In this document: piece by piece, positions 1 to 10,095 of the stretch | Position numbering within the stretch: the stretch's first letter is position 1 | How the letters are laid out: each line of letters opens with the position of its first letter | NCBI RefSeq assembly: GCF_004010195.1 | Contig: NC_057720.1 | Span: 21,661,157 to 21,681,156 of the forward strand | Origin: Chiloscyllium plagiosum | Taxonomy: Eukaryota | Length of the DNA: 20,000 nucleotides | Direction: 5' to 3' | Notes under the pieces: model-generated | The model's database searches: none | What the model was told of the DNA's origin: nothing | The model's input: the letters and a program-made list of their open reading frames with translations, nothing else | Made by a program: the position numbers and the translations under genes

Positions 1-151
1 TTTTTGAAAAATGGAATAGACTTGAGGTTACCTACTCCCACTCCTAATTCATATGAATGTTTATATGTGACAGAACAGGAATCCAGCAAGCTAAATAGCC
101 CTTGCGGATTACAAGGAAATGTTGAGAAATTGTTGAATTATGTTTGGTAAC

Positions 152-1151
152 TCATAGAGCCATAGAGATATAAAGATGTACAGCATGGAAACAGACCCTT
201 CGGTCCAACCCGTCCATGCCAACCAGATATCCCAACCCAATCTAGTCCCACCTGCCAGACCCTTCCTATTCATATACCCATCCAAATGCCTCTTAAATGT
301 TGCAATTGTACCAGCCTCCACCACATCCTCTAGCAGCTCAGTCCATACACGTACCACCCTCTGTGTGAAAAAGTTGCCCCTTAGGTCTCTTTTATATCTT
401 TCCCCTCTCACCCTAAACCTATGCCCTCTAGTTCTGGACTCCCCCCCACCCTAGGGAAAAGACTTTGTCTATTTATCCAATCCATGCCCCTCATAATTTT
501 GTAAACCTTTATAAGGTCACCCCTCAGCCTCCGATGCTCCAGGGAAAACAGCCCTAGCCTGTTCAGCCTCTCCCTGTAGCTCAGATCCTCCAACCCTGGC
601 AACATCCTTGTAAATCTTTTCTGAACCCTTTCAAGTTTCACAACATCTTTCCGATAGGAAGGAGACCAGAATTACACGCAATATTCCAACCGTGGCCTAA
701 CCAATGTCCTGTACAGCTGCAACATGACCTCCCAACTCCTATACTCAATACTCTGACCAATAAAGGAAAACATACCAAATGCCTTCTTCACTATCCTATC
801 TACCTGCGACTCCACTTTCAAGGAGCTATGAACCTGCACTCCAAGATCTCCTTGTTCAGCAACACTCCCTAGGACCTTACCATTAAGTGTATAAATCCTG
901 CTAAGATTTGCTTTCCCAAAATGCAGCACCTTGCATTTATCTGAATTAAATTCCATCTGCCACTTCTTAGCCCATTGGCCAATGTGGTCCAGATCCTGTT
1001 GTAATCTGAGGTAACCCTCTTCGCTGTCCATTACACCTCCAACTTTGCTGTCATCTGCAAATTTACTAACTGTCCCTCTTATGCTCGCATCCAAATCATT
1101 TATGCAAATGACAAAAAGTAGAGGGCCTAGCACCGATCCTTGTGGCACTCC
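152..1151 (-). mobile_element. CR1-clade LINE (HER1-like), 5'-truncated 3' end with frameshifted ORF2 RT remnant
   Basis: Minus-strand frames give GVPQGSVLGPLLF..INDLD..SKFADDSKVGG, WQMEFNSDKCKVLHFG, LYRTLVRPRLEYCV, ERVQKRFTRMLPGLE and RGNFFTQRVVRVW, all typical of CR1 ORF2. It ends in a short CTCTATG-like repeat tail at ~152-175. Confidence 0.95.
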
Positions 1152-1710
1152 ATTTAAGAATTTATTCTTTGTCACTGAGTATGCTGAGTCTGTGCTTTTA
1201 GAACAAGATCCAATGTGCAAAAACCCTTCCATTGGCGTTTTTTTTTGCAAGAGTATTTGTCCCCACATGAATTAGCAGAGACGATATAATGTACATTTGT
1301 ACTAAACAGCCCAACCGTGTGAGATTTCCTGAGATTGTACCATTATGTGTTCACAGGTTCCTGATTTGGATTGGACGTGCTGCTGTGAGCCTGCTCTCAG
1401 CAGGAGATGGGAAACAGTGCACAGTCACTGCTTTTAAAGGCAGCAACTGCTTTTTAAAAGAGTTCTTTAGTTGTTAATGGGTGACACACAAAAAGTGGTG
1501 CAGAGTATCTTCATTTTAAGAGACTGTTTGGATGTACTTCTCCCCTGTTTGAGGCCCAATTGTACTTACTGCACAGGAGGATGTCAAGGCTCTATTTGGT
1601 CGTAGGTAGAAGATATGTAGCAATCAAACCTTTAGGAGCAGATGAGTTTTTTTAGTAGCTTTTGTAACTCTGCCAATGTAAGGATATGTGGTGCTTTATT
1701 AGACCAAGTA

Positions 1711-2572
1711 TTTGATTTACTTGATTTGATTTATTGTTACATGTAATTATTACAAATACAACAAAATATGTTGTTTTGTGTGGCTACTCTCCAGGTGCCA
1801 TCTTAAAATACCAAAAAATTGCTTAAATACAGAAAATAAAGCCAGAAAAATAATGCAATAAATGTCACCATTCAGTTTGATCTCAATAAAGTGAGATGGT
1901 CATTGGAACAGCTCCCACTCCTAGCTTAGCCATGGGCCTGGTTCCAGGTTCCTCCACTCCGATGCCTTAAGATACTACTGCAACTGCACTTCACCACACC
2001 ACTGGAACAAAGAGTCGTCACTTTCCACCACCATCTCATCTCCCGGAACATCGCCACCATGAGTTCATGCTGAGTCAACCTCGCCAATGCAGCTGGTGCA
2101 AGATCCTGTGCTGTGACCATCCTCGCTTCCGCTGCCATCCTCTCGCTTCCTCTGCCGGCCTAGTCGCAGATCGGGACCCTCAGCCCAGCCTGCAAGTCTA
2201 GACCGGGGGGGGGCAGGACTAAGCCTGGGACCTGCTCCTGACTCACCGCGAGACCTCAGGCAGAGCTGCATCTACCTCGTCCTGGCTTTGCAGCCACTGC
2301 CGCCACACACCTCTTCCTTCGACAGTTACTTGGCCTTGTTGCTCCCTGGGTTAGTCCACGCCGCCAATGTTACCCAACATTCCACACAATATTCGCTCTT
2401 GCCGATGTTGCCATCGATGGCATGACAACCGAGGTGAAACGGTAAGAGAAAAGACTTTAAAAGAAAAAGAAAAGGAAGACAAAGTAAAATAAAACAAAAA
2501 AAAGAAAGGAAACAAAACAAAGAAATGCAGATGGAAGTGAATGTGCTTTGGGCTCAGTAGCCCACCACTGCC
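1711..2572 (-). repeat. Putative non-autonomous retroposon, unclassified
   Basis: On the minus strand: a T-rich tract near the 5' end (2447-2525), a GC-rich body (1930-2430), and an end of ACATGTAACAATAAA followed by an (AAATC)n-like tail (1711-1745), as in LINE-type 3' ends. No credible ORF and no TSD seen. Confidence 0.45.
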
Positions 2573-2944
2573 TGACTGATGAATGAACGCATTAAGCATG
2601 CCATAAATTATTTTTTTTTAGTATAGAACTTAAAGATTGTTCAAAGGAGACTAGAAGTTGAAGTGTTTCATCTTGTTTTTGTCTACCATGCAAGTGAGTC
2701 ATGTGACACGAGTTTGAGTTTTGATGGGATTCAGGTGTGTCAGCTGTAGATTGACTGGTCCGTTGGAACAAACAACATGTCTCATTGACCATTCCCAGCA
2801 TTCCACTTGTGCTGAACCAGCCTCTGCTTGCTAATGTCTGGAAATTATGTCCACCACTAGATGTGATTCTGCTCTTGAAAATCGTTTATTAAATTTACAT
2901 TGTGCTAAGAGTTATATCTAAGATCATCAACCAGACCAGTAGCT

Positions 2945-3610
2945 TAAGACCAGAAGACCATAAGACATAGGAGCGGAAGTAAGGCCATTCGGCCCATCGA
3001 GACCACTCCGCCATTCAATCATGGCTGATGGGCATTTCAACTCCACTTACCCACATTCTTCCCCGTAGCCCTTAATTCCTTGTGACATCAAGAATTTATC
3101 AATCTCTGCCTTGAAGACATTTAGCGTCCCAGCCTCCACTGCACTCTGTGGCAATGAATTCCACAGGCCCACCACTCTCTGGCTGAAGAAATGTCTCNNN
3201 NNNNNNNNAATCTCCGCTGGACACGCTCCAGTTCCAGTATGTCCTTCCTGAGGTGTGGGGACCAAAACTGGACACAGTACTCCAAATGGTGCCTAACCAG
3301 AGCTTTATAAAGTCTCAGTAGCACAATAGTGCTTTTATATTCCAACCCTCTTGAGATAATTGACAACATTGCATTCGCTTTCTTAATCACGGACTCAACC
3401 TGCATGTTTACCTTTAGAGAATCCTCAACTAGCACTCCCAGATCCCTCTGTACTTTGGCTTTACGAATTTTCTCACCGTTTAGAAAGTAATCCATGCTTC
3501 TATTCTTTTTCCCAAAGTGCAAGACCTCGCATTTGCTCACATTAAATTCCATCAACCATTTCCTGGACCACTCCTCCAAACTGTCTAGATCCTTCTGCAG
3601 CCTCACCACT
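2945..3610 (-). mobile_element. CR1-clade LINE 3' end (second subfamily), interrupted by an assembly gap
   Basis: ORF 3121..3609 gives LQKDLDSLEEWSRKWLMEFNVSKCEVLHFG and LYKALVRHHLEYCVQFWSPHLRKDILELERVQRR. After the Ns the frame reads RHFFSQRVVGLWNSLPQSAVEA. Short repeat tail at 2945-2970. Confidence 0.95.
3198..3208. other. Assembly gap (11 N)
   Basis: Run of N in the sequence. Confidence 1.
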
Positions 3611-4096
3611 TGATATATATGTGCATGCTAGAAGATGTATGTATGAATACGCAGGACTTTGTGTAGAAAAAGGAAGTTGTACATACATTGCACATATTCA
3701 AAAGAATACTCCTAGAGGAAGCCAAACTCTGTGACACCCTCATGGCAACACCTTGACCAATCAGAATCTACCTACCTCGCCTGAAAAATAAAGATTGATG
3801 TTTTAACTGTTTTTGCAGGCAAACTTCCATCAGAATCCATCAGAAAATCATCAGAATAGAAGCCAAGATACAAAAAAACCTTGAACTTGGAGAAGGAGTC
3901 TCAGCAACTTGTTCTGATTGTAAGTTAATTTGACAACTACCTTCCTGGCAACTCAAATGCAAGTAGCCTTGCAGATGACTGAGAAACCTTTGCTTACAAG
4001 GATTTGACTTTGACTAAAAGCAGAGGTTTCTCATTTCAGAAAGTACAGCTCTCCAATTTAAGTGAGAATGAATCCTTATAATTACATTATAAAATT

Positions 4097-4431
4097 GAAA
4101 ATAAACAAAAATTGAGGATGCTGAAAATCAGAAACACAAATTGTGGAAAAGCTCAGCAGATCTGGCAGCATCTTTAGGGAGAAAGCAGAGTTAATATTTC
4201 TTTACCCATTCCTTTATTAGCCCAACTATTTTTCTTTCACTTCAGGCTCTATCTCCACCTATCGTTTACACCTCCACCTTCCACCCCAGTCCAATCTTTA
4301 GCATGTATACCAACCTTTTCCTCATTATAATCAGTTCTGAAGAAGGTTCACTGGACCCAAACTGTTAAATCTGCTTTCTGTCCACGGGTGCTGCCAGACC
4401 TGCTGAGTTTTTCCAGCAATTTTTGTTTCTG
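4097..4431. mobile_element. Penelope-like pLTR-derived insert with inverted arms, decayed
   Basis: 4129-4200 is an inverted copy of ~4360-4431. Degenerate hammerhead core CTGAAGA at 4337-4343. Flanking direct repeats TTACATTATAAAATT (4082-4096) and TTACATTACAATATT (4432-4446) match 13/15. Confidence 0.75.
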
Positions 4432-4544
4432 TTACATTACAATATTACCGCTTTTTTCTTTCTTTATGTTTCATTTTTGTAAGACAGTATGTGAGATATT
4501 TTGGCTTTAAACCGCTGAAGAAAGGGTGGGATGATAAATAACCA

Positions 4545-4639
4545 GCCCTGATTAAGGATTCTTGCCCGAAACGTCAATTTTCCTGCTCCTCGGATGCTGC
4601 CTGACCTGCTCTGCTTTTCTGGAGCCTTGCTCTCGGCTC
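4545..4639 (+). mobile_element. Solo 95-bp Penelope pLTR fragment with mutated hammerhead core and 13-bp TSD
   Basis: CTGATTA(4548-4554)...GCCCGAAACGTC(-4575)...GGATGCTGCCTGACCTGCT is homologous to 15244-15330 and 16843-16935. Perfect direct repeat TGATAAATAACCA at 4532-4544 and 4640-4652. Confidence 0.85.
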
Positions 4640-6042
4640 TGATAAATAACCAAGTCAGCTTTGGAATTAATTAATTGAGAAACTAATCCAACTTAATAAC
4701 ATTCTCATGTCTTGTATAGGAAACAATTCGATCAATGGAACTAGGAAAACACATATCCATCCATGGTTACTGAAATGTTTTATGAGCCAAAGGGACAAAA
4801 TCACCTGTACTCCCCAATCACACTACACTTGCTACTTGCCTTGCTTCAAATTACACATGTGCTGTTTCCAAAAATATTATTTTCTGCAAGAAACTGTAGT
4901 ACATAGCATTATGTCAGCATTTTGTTCTATCAACCTATCTGCTGTCTTTTCTGTTGGGAAGGTGTGAATAAAGTTTGCTCAATGATGGTCGTTTGCAGTT
5001 CAGAATGTATTAGTCTGAGTGTGATATACACAGAGAGTTTCTACATTGGGATAGGTATTAATTGTCTTGGACAGGTGGATCAGTTCAATTCAACACTGAA
5101 ATCAGGGTCTATCATCAGCTAGTCAACCTGGCCAACTGCTGGGCAAGAAACTAAATGTAAACATTGTAATACAGTTCCATCATAACATTTAGCAGGAACC
5201 ATCAGTTTTGGAGCACTAATATGAATTTGAGCTTCTCACATACTTTTTAAAAAACTTTATTTCTGGACAGCTGGTCACTGGTCACTTACATATTGATGGA
5301 GAGAAATCCATTACAATTCAAGAGGGTCAAAGTACTGTTTACCACATGGGTGACATCGCTAATGCCTTGAAGAATCCTTCAAAGAGGAAGCCACATGTGT
5401 GACCTTCTCATTTTATTGTTAGATGCCCAGTAGGAAAATGAAGAATAGCGCCTCTTCTGGTAGGGAAGTCTTTGATGAATTACAGGTTGATTGATGTCAC
5501 TAATATTCCACATGATCGTTTGGAATGTACCTGAGTGGTGAATGAACCTGACTGATGCTGCAACGGCCATCAAAGTTGTTAGTTATTTTCAGGTTGCATT
5601 TGCAGTTGTCTGCCTCTGAAGCTGATTCTGTGCAGGAAACTTCCTTCGGACTTTATCAGTCAGACATTTCTGACCCGATAGAGAAAATCTGCATGGTGAA
5701 GCATAGATCTGGGCAGCAAACTTCTACTTCAATCAAATCTGCCTCATTGGCCTTCTTTCAGCTCTTCTTTCTTCTCCATGGACAACAAACAGGAAGAATT
5801 CAAGTATTCTGACCTTCAATTGTAGCAGTGAGCAATCTACTTATTAAAAAAAAAATTGGACAGAAATACAAAAAAAGTTTTTTCTAAAAATAAATCACAT
5901 ACAAAGAGAATGTTCCCATGTTTATTAGTGTTTTTAAACGCAGACTCAAATACAGGAACAGAATGTTTTTTCTATTGAACGTGTTCTCCCATTCAATAAG
6001 TTCATTTGTATCTTAATGCAATCCATCTGCCATGGCTCCCTA

Positions 6043-6320
6043 AGATCAGGTTAGATTACTTACAGTGTGGAAACAGGCCCTTCGGCCCAACAGGTCTACA
6101 CCGACCCGCTGAAGCACACCCATTCCCCTACACCTAACACTACGGGCAATTTAGCCTGGCCAATTCACCTAACCTGCACGTTTTTGGACTGTGGGAGGAA
6201 ACCAGAGCACCCAGAGGAAACCCACACAGACACGGGGAGAATGTGCAAACTCCACACCTGGAATTAAACCAGGTCTCTAGTACTGTGAGGCAGCAGTGCT
6301 AACCACTGTGCCACCGTGCC
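6043..6320 (-). mobile_element. tRNA-derived SINE (HE1/V-SINE-like)
   Basis: Minus strand begins GGCACGGTGGCACAGTGGTTAGCACTGCTGCCTCACAG (A-box), followed by the central GTGTGGAGTTTGCACATTCTCCCCGTGTCTG block. The 3' tail matches the CR1 tail at 179-209. Confidence 0.9.
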
Positions 6321-6839
6321 ATTGATCTCCAACTTGAAATTTCTAACAGAGTTACATTGGTTACACAGTTTTTAAAAGCTATATGCTGCTTTTTGTAGAA
6401 AAGTTTCCAAATTTCCACCATTGGAAAAGGTTGTTCCTAAATTTTCTCATGAATTGTCAAGCTCAGATTTTTAATATTACTTTCTCATGTTCTGGATTCT
6501 ACAATCGGCTAAACCATGCATCTATCTCCACTATTAGTTCCTTTCAAAATCTTTCATCAGATTACACCTCCTCAAGAGAATACAAGTTTGCTTTCACTAA
6601 TCTCTTCACCACTTCTTGTAATTGGATGCTTGGAGCCCTGGTAATATTCTGGTGGTTTTCTAGAGTACTTCTTTTCAGTGCGATATACTCTCTCTGAAGT
6701 GAGGTACCCACACTGTAAACTGTACTTCACAAGTAGTCTATAGCAGTAATGATTTGGAGATGCCTGTGTTGGACTGGGGTGTACAAAGTTAAAAATCACA
6801 CAACACCAGGTTATAGTCCAACAGGTTTAATTGGAAGCA

Positions 6840-6874
6840 CACTAGCTTTCGGAGCGACGCTCCTTCCTCAGGTG
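6840..6874 (-). ncRNA. Minimal type-I hammerhead ribozyme motif (PLE-type)
   Basis: Minus strand reads CAC-CUGAGGA-A-GGAGC-GUC-GCUCC-GAAA-GC-UA-GUG. Confidence 0.75.
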
Positions 6875-6897
6875 ATTGCCTAATCACCTGCCACAAT

Positions 6898-6932
6898 CAC
6901 CTGATGAAGGAGCGTCGCTCCGAAAGCTAGTG
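6898..6932 (+). ncRNA. Minimal type-I hammerhead ribozyme motif (PLE-type)
   Basis: CAC(6898) CUGAUGA(6901-6907) A GGAGC-GUC-GCUCC GAAA(6922-6925) GC UA GUG. Helix I is CAC/GUG, helix III is the palindrome AGCU, and cleavage is predicted after CUA (A6929). Confidence 0.8.
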
Positions 6933-8543
6933 TGCTTCCAATTAAACCTATTGGACTGTAACCTGGTGTTGTGTAATTTTTAACTTTATAGCAGTAGCCA
7001 TAGCAAATCCTTCCCAATATATTCTAGGCTTCCATTTATACCAGTTAACATTCCATCAGCCTTTTTGATTATATTTTGTACAAATCTTAACATGTTCTAC
7101 CCTTTTTGAACCGAAATGAATGAATGTATGAAACTATTGCTTAATAATTTATTTATTTAAGTATACTTAAGCTCCCTTGTCTCTTTATGTTCCTGACTTA
7201 CCTGACTGACTTTACGTCATTATCAGTCTTAGATTATTGTCTCCTTATCAAAGTAATTAATAATGAAGGAGTGTGACCCTTCCTGCTCAGGTTCTTTTGG
7301 GAACTATTGGTCATTTTCCCCTCCAATACAAATTATGCATCCTCTTTGTCATGTACACTCTAAGCAATCTCTCAACTAGGTCAATAATTTGTTTTCAATT
7401 CCAAGTGTTTTAATTTTAGCCAACAGGCTCTTTTGTGAAATTGTACTGAAGTTGTCTTGAAGTCCAAAGAAACTACATCCATTGACAATACTTTTCCTAC
7501 TAGTTTAGGTCTGTACTCAAAAAAATTAAATTTGATTTGTTAGACATGATATCCCACTTAGAAATCCATGCTAGTCTTCTTTGCAAAATTTCTTTAAGTG
7601 CCCAATCACTCTGTCCTTAATTATGGATACTGCCCCGGAGCAGATGTTAGGCTAACAGACCTATAATTTCCTAGTTTTTTTCTGTAGTTTTAAATAATGA
7701 AGTTACATTTACAAGTTTCCAATCTAGAGTGACAGTTCCTGAATTGGAAGAGTTTAGGGAAATTACAGTACCACTACATTGCTGCCATAAGCTGAGCTGT
7801 AGGCAGTTTCCATTACAATTTTAAAATCATGCCAATTAATTTAGTTCTACCCATGGGGTCTCAATTGATTGCTTTACCTCTACAAATGTGATAATATCTT
7901 CATTTGCTAAGGTCATCCCTCCAACTCTTCCTATGTCCCTATTATTTCTAAAGGTCTTATATGATGGAATATTCAGCATCTAACTAGCTTTCAGCCGGGC
8001 TGAGCTAGTAACCCCAACACCCATCAGGGAATGGACTAATCAAAGGCTGTCATGGGTGTAAATTCATGTGGGATGGTGGGTCACACATGCTCCACCGGAA
8101 GTGGCTGCCTATTACCATCTGAGCAATTAAAGCCTCTTTCTGCCACCTCTGGTATTTTTACTAACTTTGGTGGTCACACAGTTTCCAAGTACATTTTGAG
8201 TTCAATGGGAGGGGTCTCTCCTGCTCAGGCAGCCTGCAAATTGCAGAGCCCTCCGATTGGATAGGATCACTCCCCTTGACCTCATAATTGGAGTCCCACC
8301 ATGCTCCCAGCCCTCACTGAGACTTAACCAGTTCTGTAGGGGAACCTGACTCTAGCCCTCCCCATTTCGGCTCCTGACCTCTGACTGTCTGCAGTTGTAG
8401 CACTTGCCACTATGCTTGATGGGGCTGCTGGGTCTTTAGAACTACCAGCCTTGGGGGCAGAATCTCATTATGCTGTACATTTCATTTTGCCTCTAATTCA
8501 CTGAATTTATTGTGTGGCCTCCATAAACTACCCTAAAACACTC

Positions 8544-8730
8544 AAACAAAACCAGAAATTGCTGGAGAAACTCAGTGGGTCTGGCAGCATATGGGGAGAG
8601 AAAGCAGGATTAACATTTCAGGTACAATGGCCTTTCTTCAGAACTGGAACCAAAACCTCGGCACTGCTTTCTCTCTACCGATACTGCCTGACCTGCTGAG
8701 TTTCTCCAGCAATTTCAGCCTTTGTTTCAG
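8544..8730. mobile_element. Penelope pLTR-derived inverted-repeat insert, decayed (same family as 4097-4431)
   Basis: GAAATTGCTGGAGAAACTCAG..GGCAGCAT..GAGAGAAAGCAG is inverted against CTGCTTTCTCTC..TACTGCC..CTGAGTTTCTCCAGCAATTTC. Minus-strand core AGTT-CTGAAGA..GAAA-TG-TT at ~8610-8645. No TSD found. Confidence 0.75.
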
Positions 8731-8840
8731 ATTGCCTGTGTATTCTTTGTTTGATCCAATGCAATTCTTATTGAGCAAAAGGCCCAAACTTGTCCTTCTC
8801 ATCTGATGCTACATTTTATTAGTGTCCTTTGACTTAAGGA

Positions 8841-9691
8841 TTGGCAGGAAGCTGGAAGAACACAGCAAGCCAGGCAGCATCAGGAGGTGGGGAAGTTGGT
8901 GTGTTTTGAGTACAACCCTTCTTCAGGGTTGTGGGGTAGGTGTGGGGGAGCTGCAGATAAAGGGTGTGGCGGGGGCAGGCTGGTGAAGTGGAGATAGGTG
9001 AAGACTGGTAGAGGGTACAACCTGGTTGGTCAATGGGAGGAATGAATCCAGTGACAGAGGTTCACTTGCCTCTCTTCCAACCTAACTTACTGAATTAGGT
9101 GCTCCCAATGTGGTCTTCTCTACATCGAGGAGACCAAACGTAAACTTAGGAAACAGTTCACCGAGCATTGCAGCCGGGCCTACAGGAGCCAACCGGACCT
9201 TCCAGTCACCGCCCATTTTAGTTCCCCTTCCCACTCCCTTTCCGACATGACATCCTTGGCCTCCTCCATTGCCGCAATGAACCAACCACAAATTGGAGAA
9301 ACGACACCTCATCTTCCACCTGGGCAGCTTACAGCCCAGAGGACTCAATATTGAACTCTCTGATTTCAAATAACCTCCCTTCTCATCCCCCAACTCCCTT
9401 CCCAGCCCCTCCCCCTCCCTGACACTGCTCCCTGCCACATACCAGATTAATTCCTCCCATTGACCAATCAGGTCGCACCCTCTATCTGTCTTCACCTATC
9501 TCCACTTTACCAACCTGCCCCCGCCACACCCTTTATTTGCAACTCCCCCACACCTACCCCACAGTCCTGAAGAAGGGTTACACCTGAAATGCCGAGTTCT
9601 CCACTTCCTGTTCCTGATGCGGCCTGACTTGCTGTGTTCTTCCAGCCTCCTGCCTGACTATCTTGGATTCCAACATCTGCAATGTTTTTGT
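8841..9691 (+). mobile_element. 5'-truncated Penelope-like element (Neptune-type): inverted partial pLTR, GIY-YIG remnant, pLTR; 14-bp TSD
   Basis: 8843-9049 is the reverse complement of ~9443-9654. Endonuclease remnant at 9055-9373. Degenerate hammerhead core at 9567-9589. Perfect direct repeat CTTTGACTTAAGGA at 8827-8840 and 9692-9705. Confidence 0.9.
9055..9373 (+). pseudogene. GIY-YIG endonuclease domain remnant of a PLE ORF
   Basis: Manual translation gives QRFTCLSSNLTY*IRCSQCGLLYIEETKRKLRKQFTEH..LPVTAHFSSPSHS..(frameshifts)..KLEKRHLIFHLGSLQPRGLNIELSDFK*. This matches the PLE pattern FTCxSxNxVYxIxCxxCxxxYIGETxR..EH..GLN. Confidence 0.9.
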
Positions 9692-9784
9692 CTTTGACTT
9701 AAGGAGCATCTCCTGTTGTGGCTACTTTATTTGTTTCAGCATTTCCCTCACCTGGAGCATCTATAAACATTGTTTTTGACTTGA

Positions 9785-10095
9785 TCATAGAATCCCTACA
9801 GTATGGAAACAGGCTGTTTGGCTCATTGAATCCACACCACCCTCTGAAAAGAATCCCACCCTGTCCCTGTAACCCTACATTTCCCATGGTTAATCCACCT
9901 AGCCTGCACATCCCTGGACCTTATGGGCAATCTCCCACAGCCAATCCATGGACTTTGGGAGAAAGTTGGAGCACCTGGAGGAAACCCAGGCAGATTTGGG
10001 GAGCGTGTGCAAACTCCACACAGACAGTCCAAGGGTGGAATTGAACCCATGTCCCTGGCACTGTGAGGCAGCAGTGTAACCGCTGAGTCACTGTG
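9785..10095 (-). mobile_element. tRNA-derived SINE (HE1/V-SINE-like), more diverged
   Basis: Homologous to 6043-6320. A-box-like GTGACTCAGCGGTTA and B-box GGTTCAATTCC on the minus strand, with a CR1-like tail at 9785-9830. Confidence 0.9.

Larger units (their letters stand above)
6749..6986. mobile_element. Penelope pLTR-derived palindromic insert with 10-bp TSD
   Basis: 94-bp inverted arms at 6785-6878 and 6894-6987 (about 4 mismatches), 15-bp spacer, and a 36-nt unpaired extension at 6749-6784. Direct repeat TATAGCAGTA at 6739-6748 and 6987-6996. Confidence 0.9.
6420..7760 (-). mobile_element. Old, heavily decayed CR1-clade LINE ORF2 remnant, interrupted by the PLE insert at 6749-6986
   Basis: The minus strand of 7640-7745 translates to GTVTLDWKLVNVTSLFK..LGNYRSVSLTS (cf. 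CR1 DWKxANVTPLFKKG..GNYRPVSLTS). 7410-7575 gives HGF..SCLTN and MDVVSLDFK (cf. VDVVYLDF). Boundaries are approximate. Confidence 0.75.

Noticed and set aside
3741..3764. RFX half-site CATGGCAAC next to CCAATCAG (MHC-like X-Y module)
   Set aside because: Spacing and orientation differ from the SXY module and no downstream exon was found. It is probably part of a decayed repeat.
3827..3857. CATCAGAA repeated three times
   Set aside because: Short slippage-type repeat with no spacer structure.
4515..4521. Extra CTGAAGA just upstream of the solo unit
   Set aside because: It has no stem II or GAAA partner and lies outside the TSD, so it is a chance match.
5340..5855. Possible host exon (ORFs 5379..5573 and 5555..5812, minus-strand acceptor near 5838)
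   Set aside because: All three frames after the acceptor stop early and no domain was recognised.
6785..6987. Palindromes as MITEs or miRNA genes
   Set aside because: The arms are asymmetric, TSD lengths vary (10-15 bp), and the architecture matches the GIY-YIG-linked copy at 8841-9691.
8040..8480. GC-richer patches here and at 12500-12780, 13200-13430 and 17000-17370
   Set aside because: Probably decayed non-autonomous repeats, but no termini, TSD or ORF could be supported.
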